Below, piece by piece: positions 37,950 to 51,000 of a stretch of 64,000 nt of DNA. Each line of letters opens with the position of its first letter. Positions within the stretch are counted from its first letter, which is position 1. Origin of the DNA: Macrostomum lignano. Taxonomy: Eukaryota. Both the position numbers and the translations under genes were made by a program. Location of the stretch: the NCBI GenBank assembly GCA_002269645.1, contig NIVC01002311.1, positions 1-64,000 on the forward strand, read 5' to 3'. The notes under the pieces are model-generated. The model did not search any database, had not been told where the DNA came from, and was given only the letters and a program-made list of their open reading frames with translations.

Positions 37950-39997
37950 CCGTATACGTTATACAGAGATTTACGTGTAAGAAACAGTGCAGAAATATAC
38001 AAGTTTGCGCATTGACTTAGCTGCAGGGGAGCATTGACCAGCGGATTCACAGAGGCGGAGGAGACCGCCCATGATTTCCGCAAGCTCCAGAGAAAGGGCA
38101 CTGAGGAAGGCATTCATGTCTTTAAAGCGAGTAGAGGGTGGAGCGTTCATAGTCATGCGGCAAGCTCGGTCTTGGACTCTATATATAGACTCATTTTAGA
38201 GCATCGAGGTTATTCTTGCCGCTCAGGCCGATAGTCCACACGCGGAAGCGCTTTAGCTCTACCGAGAGCAGGCGCCAAAGCACCAGTCCTTCAAGGAATA
38301 GTGGTGATCGCAACATCCAGGGAGGAGGCGAGAGATCTTCGCGTCTTAGCAGTCATGAGAGAGGTATAATTGGGGGGTCAAGATCCTGAAGGCCGTAGCT
38401 TAGCTTCGAACCAAAAGACGGCCCAATCGTCATTCCTGACGTTCCGGCTCTAAATGACGTACCTTTGACCTCTTGCCTCAGCTGGCTGATTTTGGCGGTG
38501 CGGATCGCTTCAGCTGTTCGCTGGAACAGGCCGCGTCGTCTGGTGCTGCGCGCTTGGCGTCGGTCCTCTCCGCCCTCAGCAGCGCGCTCAGACTGCCGGG
38601 TGAGGCGGCTCGGCCGGCAGCAGAATACGAAGCTTTAGTATTCAGGCGGCTGACAGTCCAAGGATGGTTGTGAAGCCGGTGCCGTCTGTCATACATCACT
38701 AGGCGGCCCGCGGCAGGGAGCTCTCGGTTGACTGCAAGCAGTCCTTTCCAGAGCTAGTCAGCAGAGGTAGCGACGCTCCTGGCCGGAACCCAGATTTTAT
38801 GCATGTTAGTTTGGGGGCGCTCATCCTCTCTGCAGAAGGCTAAGTTGAGGTCCCAGCTCTGCTCGAGCAGCAGCTCAAGGAACCGCCAGAACGAGTCAAC
38901 ATAACCGGGTCAAATAAGAATTCGCGAGTCCCTCTTCGCAGTTCGAGTGAGTGTTCAAAGGCGTGCCTTCAGAGTGAGCTTCTACATAGAGGCCATCAAC
39001 AGTGCGGCTCGCCTGCTTCAGCTGATCGAAGGACAGGCGCGCGTCCTTTCACATGATGACAACCGCTGGTTGATTCTTTGCCGCCTCAGCGTAGGAGGCC
39101 CGGGGTTTAGTGTGGAGCCTTCATCGGGTGGGCTGTCCAACCCTCCTGGCTGCATCAGCTTCCCTATTGATGGGCAGCTCCAGGTGTGTTACTCAGCTGC
39201 CTCTTGGTAGCTGGAGTGGCGGGTGTCTTCTTGGAGAGTTTGCTCCACGGGTCTCGCCGGGACATCCCCGATGGTAACGGATGTGCTAAGTTGTGCAATC
39301 GTGCCCTCTTTTCGCTCTCGCGCCCAGCCCCAACCCTCCCTCGGTCCAGTTTTCTCAATCAGCGCGAACGTTGATCACGGCATCTTGCACCTATAGTGGG
39401 TTAGCCGCCATCCACCCTTTTGGTCTTATCGTTGGCTACCTTCAAAACAAAACTTGTCTACCATAGCAAGTGCACGGCGAACTTGCATCGGCTATGGTGT
39501 GAAAGTCGTGAGTTACTGTTCTTTTCCTGCTTCTCTTAGGTCGCGGGACGGGACCTCCGACTGGGGACCTGGGGGTTACAGCTTCCCAACTGGTTAGTCT
39601 GTAGGCGTCGCTCCGGAGGAAGGGGCTCACAAAAGTTGGTATGGAGTCCACAGTTCCGGTCGAGGCCTGAAGCACTGCATGTCATTCGCTGCCGGCAAAT
39701 TACGCTTGTACTTCGGCTATTTTCTGAAATTAAAAGGTGGGACTTCCTGCAGAACACAGGCAAAGAGCCGCATTAAGGCCGCAACCCCAAACCAAGCGGC
39801 AGGTCTCGCAAAAAAGAAAATGCCACGCTGCAGGGGGGAGGACCCAAAAGCCCAGGGGAACCGTTAGCAACCAGACTACTCCCTGGCCAAGCGTCCATCA
39901 GCACGGAGTTACACTGGGACCTAAGAGGGTTGAGTTTATCGTCACCGGGACCTCGGCGCCAACGAATCAACTCAGCAAGACCCAAGAGGCCTGCCTT
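37950..39997 (-). mobile_element. Decayed retroelement-like 5' UTR/ORF1 region (probably continues at 43247-43470)
   Basis: GC-rich island; minus strand shows a SYAEAAK motif typical of LINE ORF1; many stops. Confidence 0.3.
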
Positions 39998-42900
39998 CCC
40001 ACATAACCAAAAACCTCGCCTCCACATCGGGGCGATACCGCCCGGCGATTCGTCTAAACATCGCCGAGCGATCGCCCTCATCTCGCCGAAATATCGCGGC
40101 TGTCCGCAGGGGCGATATCGTCCCGTATCGCCCGGCGATATCGTTTGGCGAGCAATTGGCGATGAATTGACGATACAGTTATAATTCTTGTTTAAATGAT
40201 AGCATTAAAAATGATTGAAAGAATCAACAGACACAGCTCAATACTGCAAATTTATTATTCCATCAGATAGCCTATAGCTTTCCTTTAAGTCGCTGGAGAC
40301 GAAAACTCCACAAGTTCTTATTAATGCCTCCCGATTTTTGAATATATATTTTACTTCTAATGATGCTACTTACAGCAGCATGTATGGTGAAAATTCAGCT
40401 ATAAATATGCAGCAGGCAGGGAGAGAAAAATATAATATAGGAGAAAAATAGCAATAGTTAGACTTGAGCACTAAAGACTTTCATTTGACAAATATTGAAG
40501 ACAAATGCTGGGCTGGTTGGCAATAAGAAAAAACATACATTTGACAAGTATGATGCATTCTTGTCAGACTCCTCGAATCTTTAAATGACTCAAAATTCGT
40601 AACTTAATAAATTTTTGCCCTTTACAAAACCTAAGCCAAGTCAAAATGACACCCATAACAATAAAATTTCTTGATAATACCAGGCTGGCATGAACCCGTC
40701 TCAATTTGGTCATGCTAATAGAATGACGGTCATGTCATTACATGACTTGAAGTCTAAGGTGAAAAACCCAGATGACTAAAAAAAACAAAATATTAAATAT
40801 TTCCGACTTCTTTAACAAGCAATTCGACAGTAAATATCAGTTACTTCACAATGGAAAAATTAAATGTAACAAAGTAAAATTCCAGTTACTTTGACTTATC
40901 ATGCTTGTGCAGAATATCACCCACATCAGAAGTATGCAGTTCAGTTAGTCACCAAATAAGTAATTCAAAGGAAGTCTAGAACTTTAAAGTATTTACCACA
41001 CTTTGACAGGATGGTACAGGAATGGGCCTCCCAGTCAGTCTCTGGAATTGAACCTTTGCTTCTGAGGACCTTCAGTCATTCATTGCTCACTCAAGGCCAT
41101 TGGCATGTTGGTAGGCTGATAATTCATGCTTCGGGAGCATACTTGACAAACTGGCCCCCAAAATTGAGATTGTAGAACAGCTGAAAGAAAGGATATAATT
41201 GCTTGCATAAATAAAGATGTGAACAAATTTTATTAATCTAGTAAAACTAGCATTTTTGGTCCAAATGATAAAATAACTAGGATAGTTTCATTTTATATCA
41301 GTTTATAAATTTGTAGCTATAGTCTAAATAGAGGTCTTTTGGTATGGAGAGTTCAAATAATGCATCCATTTTTACTACAAAAAATAACTAGGATAATCCT
41401 AATATCAATGCTAAGTACCATAGCTATAACCTGTATAGGGAACAGGGTGTTAGGCTAGGTAGAAGTATAATATAATATAGTATTAATATAGTATTAGGCC
41501 TAGCCTAATCTTTAAAAGAAGCCCACTTTTCTATTTAAGATAAATAGCTACTATAAAATATATTAAAAATTGAGATCTAGTCAATTTGAAATGACTAGGC
41601 CTAGCCCTAGGGTAGCTAACCTAAACACCAAAAACCATGGCATAAGAAAATGGCTAAGTCAAAAAATATAGATATGGAAAAATGACAATAAACTATAGCC
41701 ACATATAGTATAGACTACTAGGCCTATATTGTAATTGATCTTTAATAGAGACTCACTGTTCTATCTAATTTCAAGATCAATGGCCATTATATTCTATAAA
41801 ATAAGTTTCTAATTAGCATTTAACAATAAGTCAAAGTCTAAAATAAGTTAACCTTAATACTTGGACCATGGGGAATATGGCCTATGGGTTATGGTTGGAA
41901 AGGCCTATTGTTCTATTCAAGAAGATCAATATCACCATTAATAGCTAGGTATAAAAATTTCCACTTGTCAAAAATCCTCCAAAATCCTAAATTTTACATT
42001 AGTAGTAGTATTGACATTTGACAAAAGCAGTTTAAGATTTGGACATCAGCAAGTATTTTATACATCTGATCCTTAAGAAGTCCACAAAAGCTATCTTCTA
42101 CTTGTAGAATATAGGCTGGAGCTAGTTTAGCTATTTAGAATTTTCCAAAACCTAATCAATGCTAGATCAGGTTGAAATTGAAATGAACAATGAAGGAAAT
42201 TTAAGTTAGGCCCTAATCAACTACATTGGCAGTTGGCACTGATCTAAGTTCAGTAATAGTTATAATTTCTCTAAAAGAGCCAAAATGCATTTGAATTCTA
42301 GAAATGTAATTAAAAGTATGCGTCTACCAACATTTCGAGGTGCAAAATTGGCATCTGGATGTGCAAAAGAAATCTAAAAATGAAGTGCTAAAACACAGTT
42401 TGACAAAATAAAACTCTGAGCACTGGACTACTGTTACTATCTACCACTATTTACCACAGTTTTTTGTTTCACAAATAATCTTGAGCGTAAGACATGTATA
42501 ACATATGTAAAAAGGGAACATGCGATCTGATGATCTGTCTTAATTCGATCAAGACCTCTGACTAGTTGTGCAGCGTCATTTTTAAAAGAGCATACATTTA
42601 ACGCGTATTTTATCAAATTAATAAATGAATTTTGCAGTCAGAAACACAAAGCAGGACAAGACGACAAAAGAACATATTTTTTATTTTCATATATCAAAAC
42701 TGCAAATTTAACTTGATATACATCTTATTGGCATCAAAGTTTCAAGATGAACTTAAAAACAGCGCCAGCCAACCGCTAAAATATCGCGCCGCGATGCACG
42801 AACTTGTTTATATGTACGGTACGATAGACCAAGAAGATAATGCTAAAACAGAAGAGCATCACTCGCTTGCAACTCACCATTCACGAAGTGACCTTAAATT

Positions 42901-43246
42901 GCGAATTTATAAGTCGAGTGGGCTAAAATACATGTGAATTAAGCATGGATCGCATTCCCAACGTTGTTCTATCGCTCGGCGATGGTGCAATTATCGCCAA
43001 GGCATCGAAACTCAAGGTTTTGGCGATTTCGCAAGAATGCGCGCAAGATGGGCCAATATAGGTTTGAACTTCGTTTTAGTGTCTTTTAGACATATATATA
43101 GGACTTTAGAGGCAATTTCCTATCGTATTGATTTATCGCCGATCAATATCGCTTAGATATTGCTTAGATATCGCCAGGCGAGATATCGCCTAATATTGCC
43201 ACGCGATGGGGACGCAAGCCTTTGGCGAGATTCTTGGTTACGTGGG
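39998..43246. mobile_element. Non-autonomous CACTA/EnSpm-like element
   Basis: TIR CCCAC(A/G)TAACCAA(A/G)AA(C/T)CTCGCC, 2-bp TSD TT, dense subterminal ATCGCC/GGCGAT repeats at both ends, AT-rich interior. Confidence 0.8.
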
Positions 43247-43798
43247 TTAGCACCCGCGGGACGAGTACTCTTCGAGTGCGCTTTGCAAGGTGAAAACAAA
43301 TTGAGCTATCATCCCACCAGAGGAGGCAGGTATAAGCGTCACTGGCTAAGAAAGAGGCCAAACTAGGCTGCTGCACAGATGGTTCTCCACGCCTTTCTGT
43401 GTAGTACCCGGGGTACTGAGGGCAACAGCCTCAAAACTGGCATGTTTAATGTCGAAAGATCCGTTCATAGTTCTTTTTTAAAAATTCCTTTCCTTTTTGC
43501 CTCCCCATGCAACGTGGGGCAAAATTGTAAGTATATTACTGAAACTTCAAGTGAGTGAAAACATCAGACCGATTGCAATAGCTAATTGCGGAGAAAAAAG
43601 TATTGAAATTTAACTCGACTCGATATTGCTCAAAAACTCAAGAATAAAAGTTCTCTGGAATGCGCTTTCAAAGGAATGCGCCACGTGGCGCAGCCGAGCG
43701 ATCCCGGAACCTCAGCATAAAATGGTTCAGCAAATGCTCAAAACAGCCAACCACAGTCAGGCCCGAGCTGTTCAACATTCTCTCTGCAGACATTCAGC

Positions 43799-43865
43799 AT
43801 GCGGCTTCTTCTGTTCGTTTCGGTCTTCATTCTGGCAGCTCCCGGCACCTCCGGGGCTGAGCTGG
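43799..43865 (+). CDS. Signal-peptide exon, probably of the WSC-domain gene
   Basis: MRLLLFVSVFILAAPGTSGAEL then phase-1 donor G|gtgagt; upstream acceptor ctgcag. Confidence 0.7.
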
Positions 43866-44075
43866 GTGAGTTTGAGATGCGCCTCACCTGAGCTGGGTGA
43901 GTTTGAGATGCGCCTCACCTGAGCTGGGTGAGTTTGAGATGCGCCTCACCTGAGCTGGGTGAGTTTGAGATGCGCCTCACCTGATGTGTGGTGAGTTTGA
44001 GATGCGCGTCTCACCTGAGCTGGGTGAGTTTGAGATGCGCCTCACCTGAGCTGGGTGAGTTGGAGATGCACATGA
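43858..44075. repeat. 31-bp tandem repeat containing the 5' splice site, about 7 copies
   Basis: Unit CTGAGCTGGGTGAGTTTGAGATGCGCCTCAC. Confidence 0.95.
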
Positions 44076-45039
44076 GTTTCAGCTATTTAGATAGCTACAT
44101 GTTAAAATGGTAAGCTCAACCGGCCTCTCAGACAGAAAGTCGATTTAACCAAGTCTTGAGCACTTAACTGAAGTTGCCATTTCTTATCTGCCGCAGTGTA
44201 TTGGAGTATTTAAGGGATGTCAAGCATAGGGGATGCTGTACCCTAACCTAAGTTTTCATAATTTTGAATTCTGAAGCAACATTGAGTTGATACTACCAGT
44301 GCAGAGAAGTTTTCATATATCAACTGCTGGCGAATTTAGGTGGGTCTAGTAAGGTAACCAAGCATCAGCCGGTTGTTGAAGCTTGAGAAACTTGCAAATA
44401 TTTCTTAACTCGTTTCACAAAGCAAACCCTAATTGTCGACTAAAGAAGAGTAGATAAGCGAATTTGCGCGAGTAACATTCCAGTGAATTCCAATATTTGT
44501 GGTTGCAGTCGAATGCGCTTGCATTTCCGTTGGCTTGATTGCTCAGTCCATCGAGCAGCTGCGCACCGCAGTCCCCAAGGGTCACTGATTGCCCGCCCCG
44601 TCTCAAAGAGAGAGTAAGGGTTAGGGTTAGGCTTTGCCTTATTGAGAGATGATGACATGCCAAGGCTCAGGTGGGATGCTGGTATCTTAGGCTTGACACC
44701 TTGCTGGCTTTCAAGGCGAAAGCTTTTTTGCTATAAACGTATTTTTAAGAATCTCTCTACGATACGAGCAAAATGACTCTACGAGACGCTTTACGTGTAT
44801 TTTTTATTTGAAACTTTTATTCCTTTCTTCGTCATCTCCCAACACTCGCAAAGAGGCAAAAATATACCCAAAACCACTACAGAACGACAGAAGCAACAGA
44901 ATAAAAGCAAACTACCAATACGCCGTCAAGATATACATGACTCAGTTGCAGGGGCAGTGGCGGATCTAGAGTTTCATTTCAGTATTGAGTTGTCCCTGCT
45001 CCAAAGTTGTAGTTCCCTTTTTGTCTTCCAACGAGGGGA

Positions 45040-45200
45040 AAGATTTAGTGTATAGCCAATACAACAACATGAGCAGCTAGCTGGAAAGACAGCAGAAAAG
45101 TGTATAGCCAATACAACAACATGAGCAGCTGGAAAGACAGCAGAAAAGTGGGTGGCCAAAACAACAACATGAGCAGCTGGAAAGACAGCAGAAACAACAA
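45040..45200. repeat. ~42-46-bp tandem repeat, 3 copies
   Basis: ACAACAACATGAGCAGCTGGAAAGACAGCAGAAA. Confidence 0.85.
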
Positions 45201-45435
45201 AACGATTGTGGCCGTCAGTTGAAGGTGTATTTCCTGAATAGAGTATGCATATATCAATAAAGAATGAGCCTCATACCATCGTATACACCTAAAAGTAACG
45301 CAAAGATCAACAATATATGTTTCTGCGGTTTCTTCGACTAGCTGTTGGCTTTTTGCCTCAAATTGACATGTATGAAAAATTCTGATGTATTGTAGTTTTT
45401 ATTAATTGTCTGTAAATTTCTGTTTCTTCTTGCAG

Positions 45436-45447
45436 AGCACCCGAAAT
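45436..45447 (+). CDS. 12-nt microexon, cassette 1 (E-H-P-K)
   Basis: ttcttcttgcag|AGCACCCGAAAT|gtaagt; conserved with splice sites in all three cassettes. Confidence 0.65.
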
Positions 45448-46065
45448 GTAAGTTCATCATCAACCCACACATATATAATTATAATTTTCTTCGTGGTATT
45501 AAAGGGTAAGCGCTTTATTCCGCCCTTTTTACACTGGTGTTGGGACAATAGCAGAAACTAATCTTAATCTCACTCCCAAATTAGCCCAAATTAGCCCTCT
45601 GGCCGGACCCACTTCGAACTCTGAGCGGAAGATCGCGTCTTCGTTGGAATCGACCCGTCCCCAGGCAGACACAATACAGTACGAATCTCCAGCCCTCTAA
45701 GAAATAACGCAGCTCACTCAACATGCTCTTGGATTCCACGAGTAACCACGAGCGACAGGCTTGGTTGCGCGGAGCGTTGAGTAGTGTCGTAGTTGACTGA
45801 CTCAGCTGAGTGAGCTCTCGATCGTCAGATTTTATCTGAGTATCTGAGTCTGAGTAGACTCTGCGCACCCCTTATGCCATCAACCTCAACTTAAAAATCA
45901 TACAAATATTGTACACTGCTTCACCCTTGGTGCACCGACCCCGACTACAACTGACAATGCGATTAGTGACTGTAGCGCCCTTCTACTTTACTTGTCCATG
46001 AGATTGAGCACGAGCAGTGCGCTTTCTTATTCGCTTTTGTTTCATTCTTTGCACTACAATTTCAG

Positions 46066-46359
46066 TTAAACTGCAAGGTTGCTACGTTTATAAAGGAGAC
46101 TATCGGAATCTAAAATACCATATATCAACCAGCGAGTCAATGACAATTGAGAGCTGCCAAAAGGACTGCAGTCGTTATACCTTCCGCTACTTTGGAGTCG
46201 CTAGAACAGAATGCTGCTGCGGTGATTCAAAAGTTAATCGGAAAATATCTTTAAACAGATGTAACTACAGGTGTCCGGGAAACCTAATGCAGATCTGCGG
46301 TGGTATTAACTGGATGGTTGTGTACGAGCAGCCCGCTACACTCGTTACAGCCTCTGCCG
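46066..46359 (+). CDS. WSC carbohydrate-binding domain exon, cassette 1
   Basis: GCY..MTIESCQKDC..YFG..ECCCG..C..RCPGN..QICGG..VY cysteine pattern; ttcag| and G|gtaag; 294 nt, phase 1-1. Confidence 0.85.
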
Positions 46360-46535
46360 GTAAGAATGCCATAATTTATTACGTTCAATTGTTCATTTAT
46401 GAATGGTGTCATTGTCTTATTTCCTCGCTCGATTATAGAGGGTAGAGGGTAGTCTCTAGCTCACTCCTCGTCGGATTCTTAGTAAAAGAAAAAAGTGGAA
46501 GATATTGTTGTCGACTCTATTCTTATCTATTGCAG

Positions 46536-46554
46536 AGAGTATGTTGTCTGACAG
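46536..46554 (+). CDS. Candidate 19-nt downstream microexon, cassette 1
   Basis: ctattgcag|AGAGTATGTTGTCTGACAG|gtgaaa; identical copy at 61960-61978. Confidence 0.35.
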
Positions 46555-47289
46555 GTGAAACTAACAATCTCCTTTCACGTACAGACGCTTCCCGTCATTA
46601 ACTTTGATACTTCCGAGATCGTAATCTGTGCAGTTAGTGCACAGAAATTTCATTGGGTGCCATTGTACTCAACTAAAAACTGCTTCTGGGCAGCTGCAAG
46701 TTTGACAGTGGATGCAAAAACGAGGCTCGTTTTGGTAAAAAATAACCCACTTTCAGCACTGCCTTCTCGACGTGTGTTTATACCCGGTAGTAGTGTTTAC
46801 TGTTTGCCGAATTTCGATAAAGAATTGACAAAGATTTCGATAACAAATTGCTAGTCATTCCCTCCACTGCAGTGTGGTTCTCTCAATGGAAGAAGTAAAT
46901 GTGAGGCTAGGAGCCCGCTGTGCCGCAGCGTGCTTCGTAAAGACAGTTCAGATGGGTCTCTAATAGCATACGCAAATTATACGGGTCCTGGTAGAATCTG
47001 GTTGAGAACTTTGCTAATAAGAGCCTGGCAGTTCTCCCATTATTCATTACTCCTATTACGCTACAAAGGTGAATGATGGGAAACTTCTATTGAAGGCGGG
47101 CTCCTATCAGTATACAGCATCGCGCAGATTTAGCGGTTCATTTGTGTCTCGAGTTAATTTTACCACTGCCATTTAATATTTTCAGGAGCGCTGTAATACA
47201 TACTTGCACCTGGTGGCTTGAAATGCTTAATTCTATACGATCCCGCATTCGGAAGGAAGCAGTCCTCTGCACACGCGTGTGTGAACTTG

Positions 47290-47830
47290 TCTAACCAAGG
47301 AATTCTAAACCTAGCAATTCCAGCACTTGCTAGGTTTAGGATTCCTTGGTCTAACTAACCATTCACCAACCGTGTCAAATAATTCCATCGTATCAAGGAC
47401 ATGCTTTGTCACACTCCTTAAATTGGTGGGGACCATACAGGACCCGAGTTTTGTTGCTTTTTCTGCTTCCTTCCACGTTAACGCTGCCTCCATCACCTCA
47501 ATATTTACTCAAGTACCGTTGTCACAACAGTAACTTCTAGTGGTCCGGGTGTTTACTATGCCAGTCGGGCTAGATGTGTGTGAAAAAAGCACGGCTGATG
47601 GGGGGGAAGGATTTCACGTTCGTATATTCACCTTTGGTGGGATTAGGGATAACACGACTCTGGACGGTCTGCAGGTGGGGGGAAACAGTCGACGAGCAAC
47701 TTGGAGAGAAAAGCAGCAAAACTTTGCTGCTTAAACGCTTCCTGAAGAATACAGGGGCGATGTTGTCGGGACCCGGCGATTTGAACGGTTTAAACGTATC
47801 GGCGCCAGCTGGAGCAGCTGGAGGGCGCAC
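47290..47830 (-). mobile_element. Non-LTR retrotransposon RT fragment (R1/LOA-like)
   Basis: FKSPGPDNI..IPNPTK..KSFPPIS, the degenerate N-terminal RT motifs. Confidence 0.55.
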
Positions 47831-48070
47831 TCCGCGTATGGCCGGTTCGGATGTTTGTCGATATGGTACAGCAGGGCCAGTTTCGGTATGCCTTCCCGAC
47901 TTCCGCCGCTTCCACCGCTTAATCGAGGTCCAGCTCGGCGTACAGAGACATCTGCAGCATCAAAAGCAACCTAAGCAAACCTTAACCTAACAGTTTGGTC
48001 CGTGCGCCTGACGCCGTCACCACTCCCCATCACCTATCCACCCTGGCACACCTGCGCAACGGTACCTGAT

Positions 48071-51000
48071 CTAGTACCGCAGCCAATCCGGCGGCCATCG
48101 TTCTCGCACCGGATACCTCCTGGTGGCGTTCTCCTCGTCCGACTGCTCCAACGACTCATTCAACACTCCCGACACGACGCTCTGGGGTGACTCCGATCCC
48201 CTCGTACTCACTTCGACCTCGCCTAGCTGCTGATCTCGTGGCAGGTCTCTCTGGCGATATTCCATCATCTCCTCCACTTCCTCATCTTCTTCAGGTCCTT
48301 CCGGCGGCTCGGCAGCTTCAGTCACACTGTCTTGCCCAACCGTCTCCTCTGCAGGTGTCACTCTCTTGAACGGCGACAAATTGTTGAAGTGAACCCTCTT
48401 GGTTTTCCTTCTATTCGACGGGTTCTGCACCTCGTACACCGCTTCCGAAATCTTGCGCACTACTTCCACTGGTCCTTTCCAGTCGATCCGAAACTTATTG
48501 GGCACCTCTCCCGGCACCTCTCCGGAAAACAAAGACTTTATCACCGGGTTGGTACGCTGATCCACGGACCTTCTTGTCGCAGTAGTCCTTCTGCACCTTC
48601 TGATAAGTACCAGTTGCTCGCCTCACCGCCTCGTGCGCCCTGCCCAGAATGTCTCTTAAGGCCGTTACGTACGACGTCCCCGCCGGAATCTCTCGTGGCG
48701 TTCTGTACGCAACGTTTAGCGGTAACCGCATTTCTCGACCATGCAGTAAAAAAATAAGGCGTATAGCTCGTGCCGCGGTGCACAATCGACCGGTACGCCA
48801 TCAACGCCGAATCAATCAGGTCTTCCCATCTGCGATGCAACTCCTTATCACCGACTTCAGGGTTTGGTTGAACTTCTCCACCTGCCCGTTACCGCTCGGG
48901 TGATAGGCCGTAGTCCGGGTCTTATGGATTCTAAGCAGAGTGCACAGCTCGCACATCACTCTGGACTCAAAATTGCGTCCCTGGTCACTGTGAATCGAAC
49001 TCGGGCAACCATAGACACTGATCCAGTGGGCAAATATTGCTCGAGCGACGGTGTGAGCTCTCTGATTGCGGATCGGGATCGCTTCTGGCCACTTAGAAAA
49101 CGCGTCCTGCAGCTCTGGCACTTCTTGGCAACGGCCCAACAATATCCACCATCACTCTCTCGAACAGTGGCTCGAGCGGCGCTCTGGCGTCCTTTGCCAG
49201 CTTCAACTTGGCACACGCTTCGCAGCTCCGCAGAAATTCCACGATTTCGCGACTAATTCCGGGTCTCCAGAACCGTGACAGGACCTTCCGCTTTGTCTTT
49301 TGCAGGCCGAAATGGCCGCCCGCCACGCCACTATGACAGTGCATCAAGATCCTCCGCAGCAGACACTGTGGTAGAACAATCTATTACCATGACAGAGCCC
49401 GCTGCGATGCACTACGTAGTAGTCGAATTCTGCCAGCTTCTCGAGCCACCTAGCACACTGACCTTCCGGACCCTTCAGATTGTGAATCCACTTCAAGTTG
49501 TTGTGATCCTTTCGCAAGCAGAATCTTCTTCCGGCCAGATAGTACCGATACTTGACCATGAACGTCACCACCGCCAACAGCTCTACTCTCATCGTGCAAT
49601 AGTTCCGCTCTGCCGATGACAGCGATCTTGAGCCATACTAAATAACCTTGCTTCTGAGACAACACAGCGCCAATGCCGATGGATGAGCTCGCATCTGTGT
49701 CGAGGATGAACTCACCAGCCTCGGGACCAAAATCCGGAAACGCCATCACATCTGTACTCGTCAGCCGCGCTTTCAAGTTCCGGAACGATCGCTCATCGTC
49801 CGGTCCCCACTCAAACTCGACACCTTTGCGAGTCAACCTGAGCAGCGGCTCGGCAACACTCGAGAAGTTTTTGATAAATCGGCGATAATAGCTGCACAAT
49901 CCCATGAACGATTGCCCGTCTCTGGTGTTATTCGGTTGGGGCCAGTTTCTGATCACTTTGACCTTCTCGCTCTCCGTCTCCACTCCTGCCTCCGACACCT
50001 GATGGCCCAGGAACGTTACCTTCTTCATCAGAAAATGACACTTCTCTGGCTTCAACTTCACTCCAGCCTTCCGCAGCCGAATGAACACCTCTTCTAACCT
50101 TTCTAGATGCTCGTGAACCGTCTTGGACCACACGAGGATATCGTCCAGGTAGATTAAGCACGTCTTCCAGGCCACGTCGCGCATTGCTAGAGCCATCAGC
50201 CGCGTGAAAGTTGCAGGGCTATTGACGAGTCCAAACAGCATCACTTTCCACACGTACTGACCCTTCAGAGGCACCGAGAAGGCCGTCTTGAGTTGATCCT
50301 CCAGTCTTACTTTCACCTGCCAATAGCCGCTGTGGAGGTCCATCGAACTAAACACTCTTGCTCCCGCCAGTTCGTCCAACGCATCGTCCAACCTCGGCAA
50401 CGGAATAGCATTTCTCGTCGTTACTTTATTCAAACCACGGTAGTCTACACACATCCGTAGGCTGCCATCCTTCTTGCGTACACAAACGATTGGAGCGTTC
50501 CAAGGAGACTGCGCTGACTCGATGCGTCCCTGCTCCTCTAGCTCATCCACGAGAGCATGCACTTCTTGCCTAAGGTGCGGGGGCAGTCTTCGCGGCGGGA
50601 TGTTGACCGGCTTGGCCTCTCCAGTGTCGATCTGGTACTCCACCAAGGGTGTCACACCCAACTGTGCTGAGTCCGTCACGAAAAGATCACCATACGAGTC
50701 GACTAAGTCCTTAAACCGCCGACGCTGCTCCTCAGTCGTCATTCCGTCGCCCCACTTGCCGAGCTTCTCAAAAACTTTGTCCTCTTCGAGTTCCTCGGCC
50801 TTATCTGTCCTGCTGGGACGTTCCTTGGAATCGCTCTGCAACGCCGCGATCCTTGGCTGCTCTTCCAGTTCCAGCGGTCGATACCAGCCAACAGCCTCTC
50901 CTCGCCGCAACCGCACCGGTTGCTCTGATAGGTTGCAGACACGAACCACAATCTTTCCGCTCTCGTCTGGTGTCACAAGCGCTCTCGCGGCAACCACCCC

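Noticed and set aside
44617-44630. Interstitial telomeric repeat TTAGGG
   Set aside because: Only about two units; expected by chance or as part of other repeats
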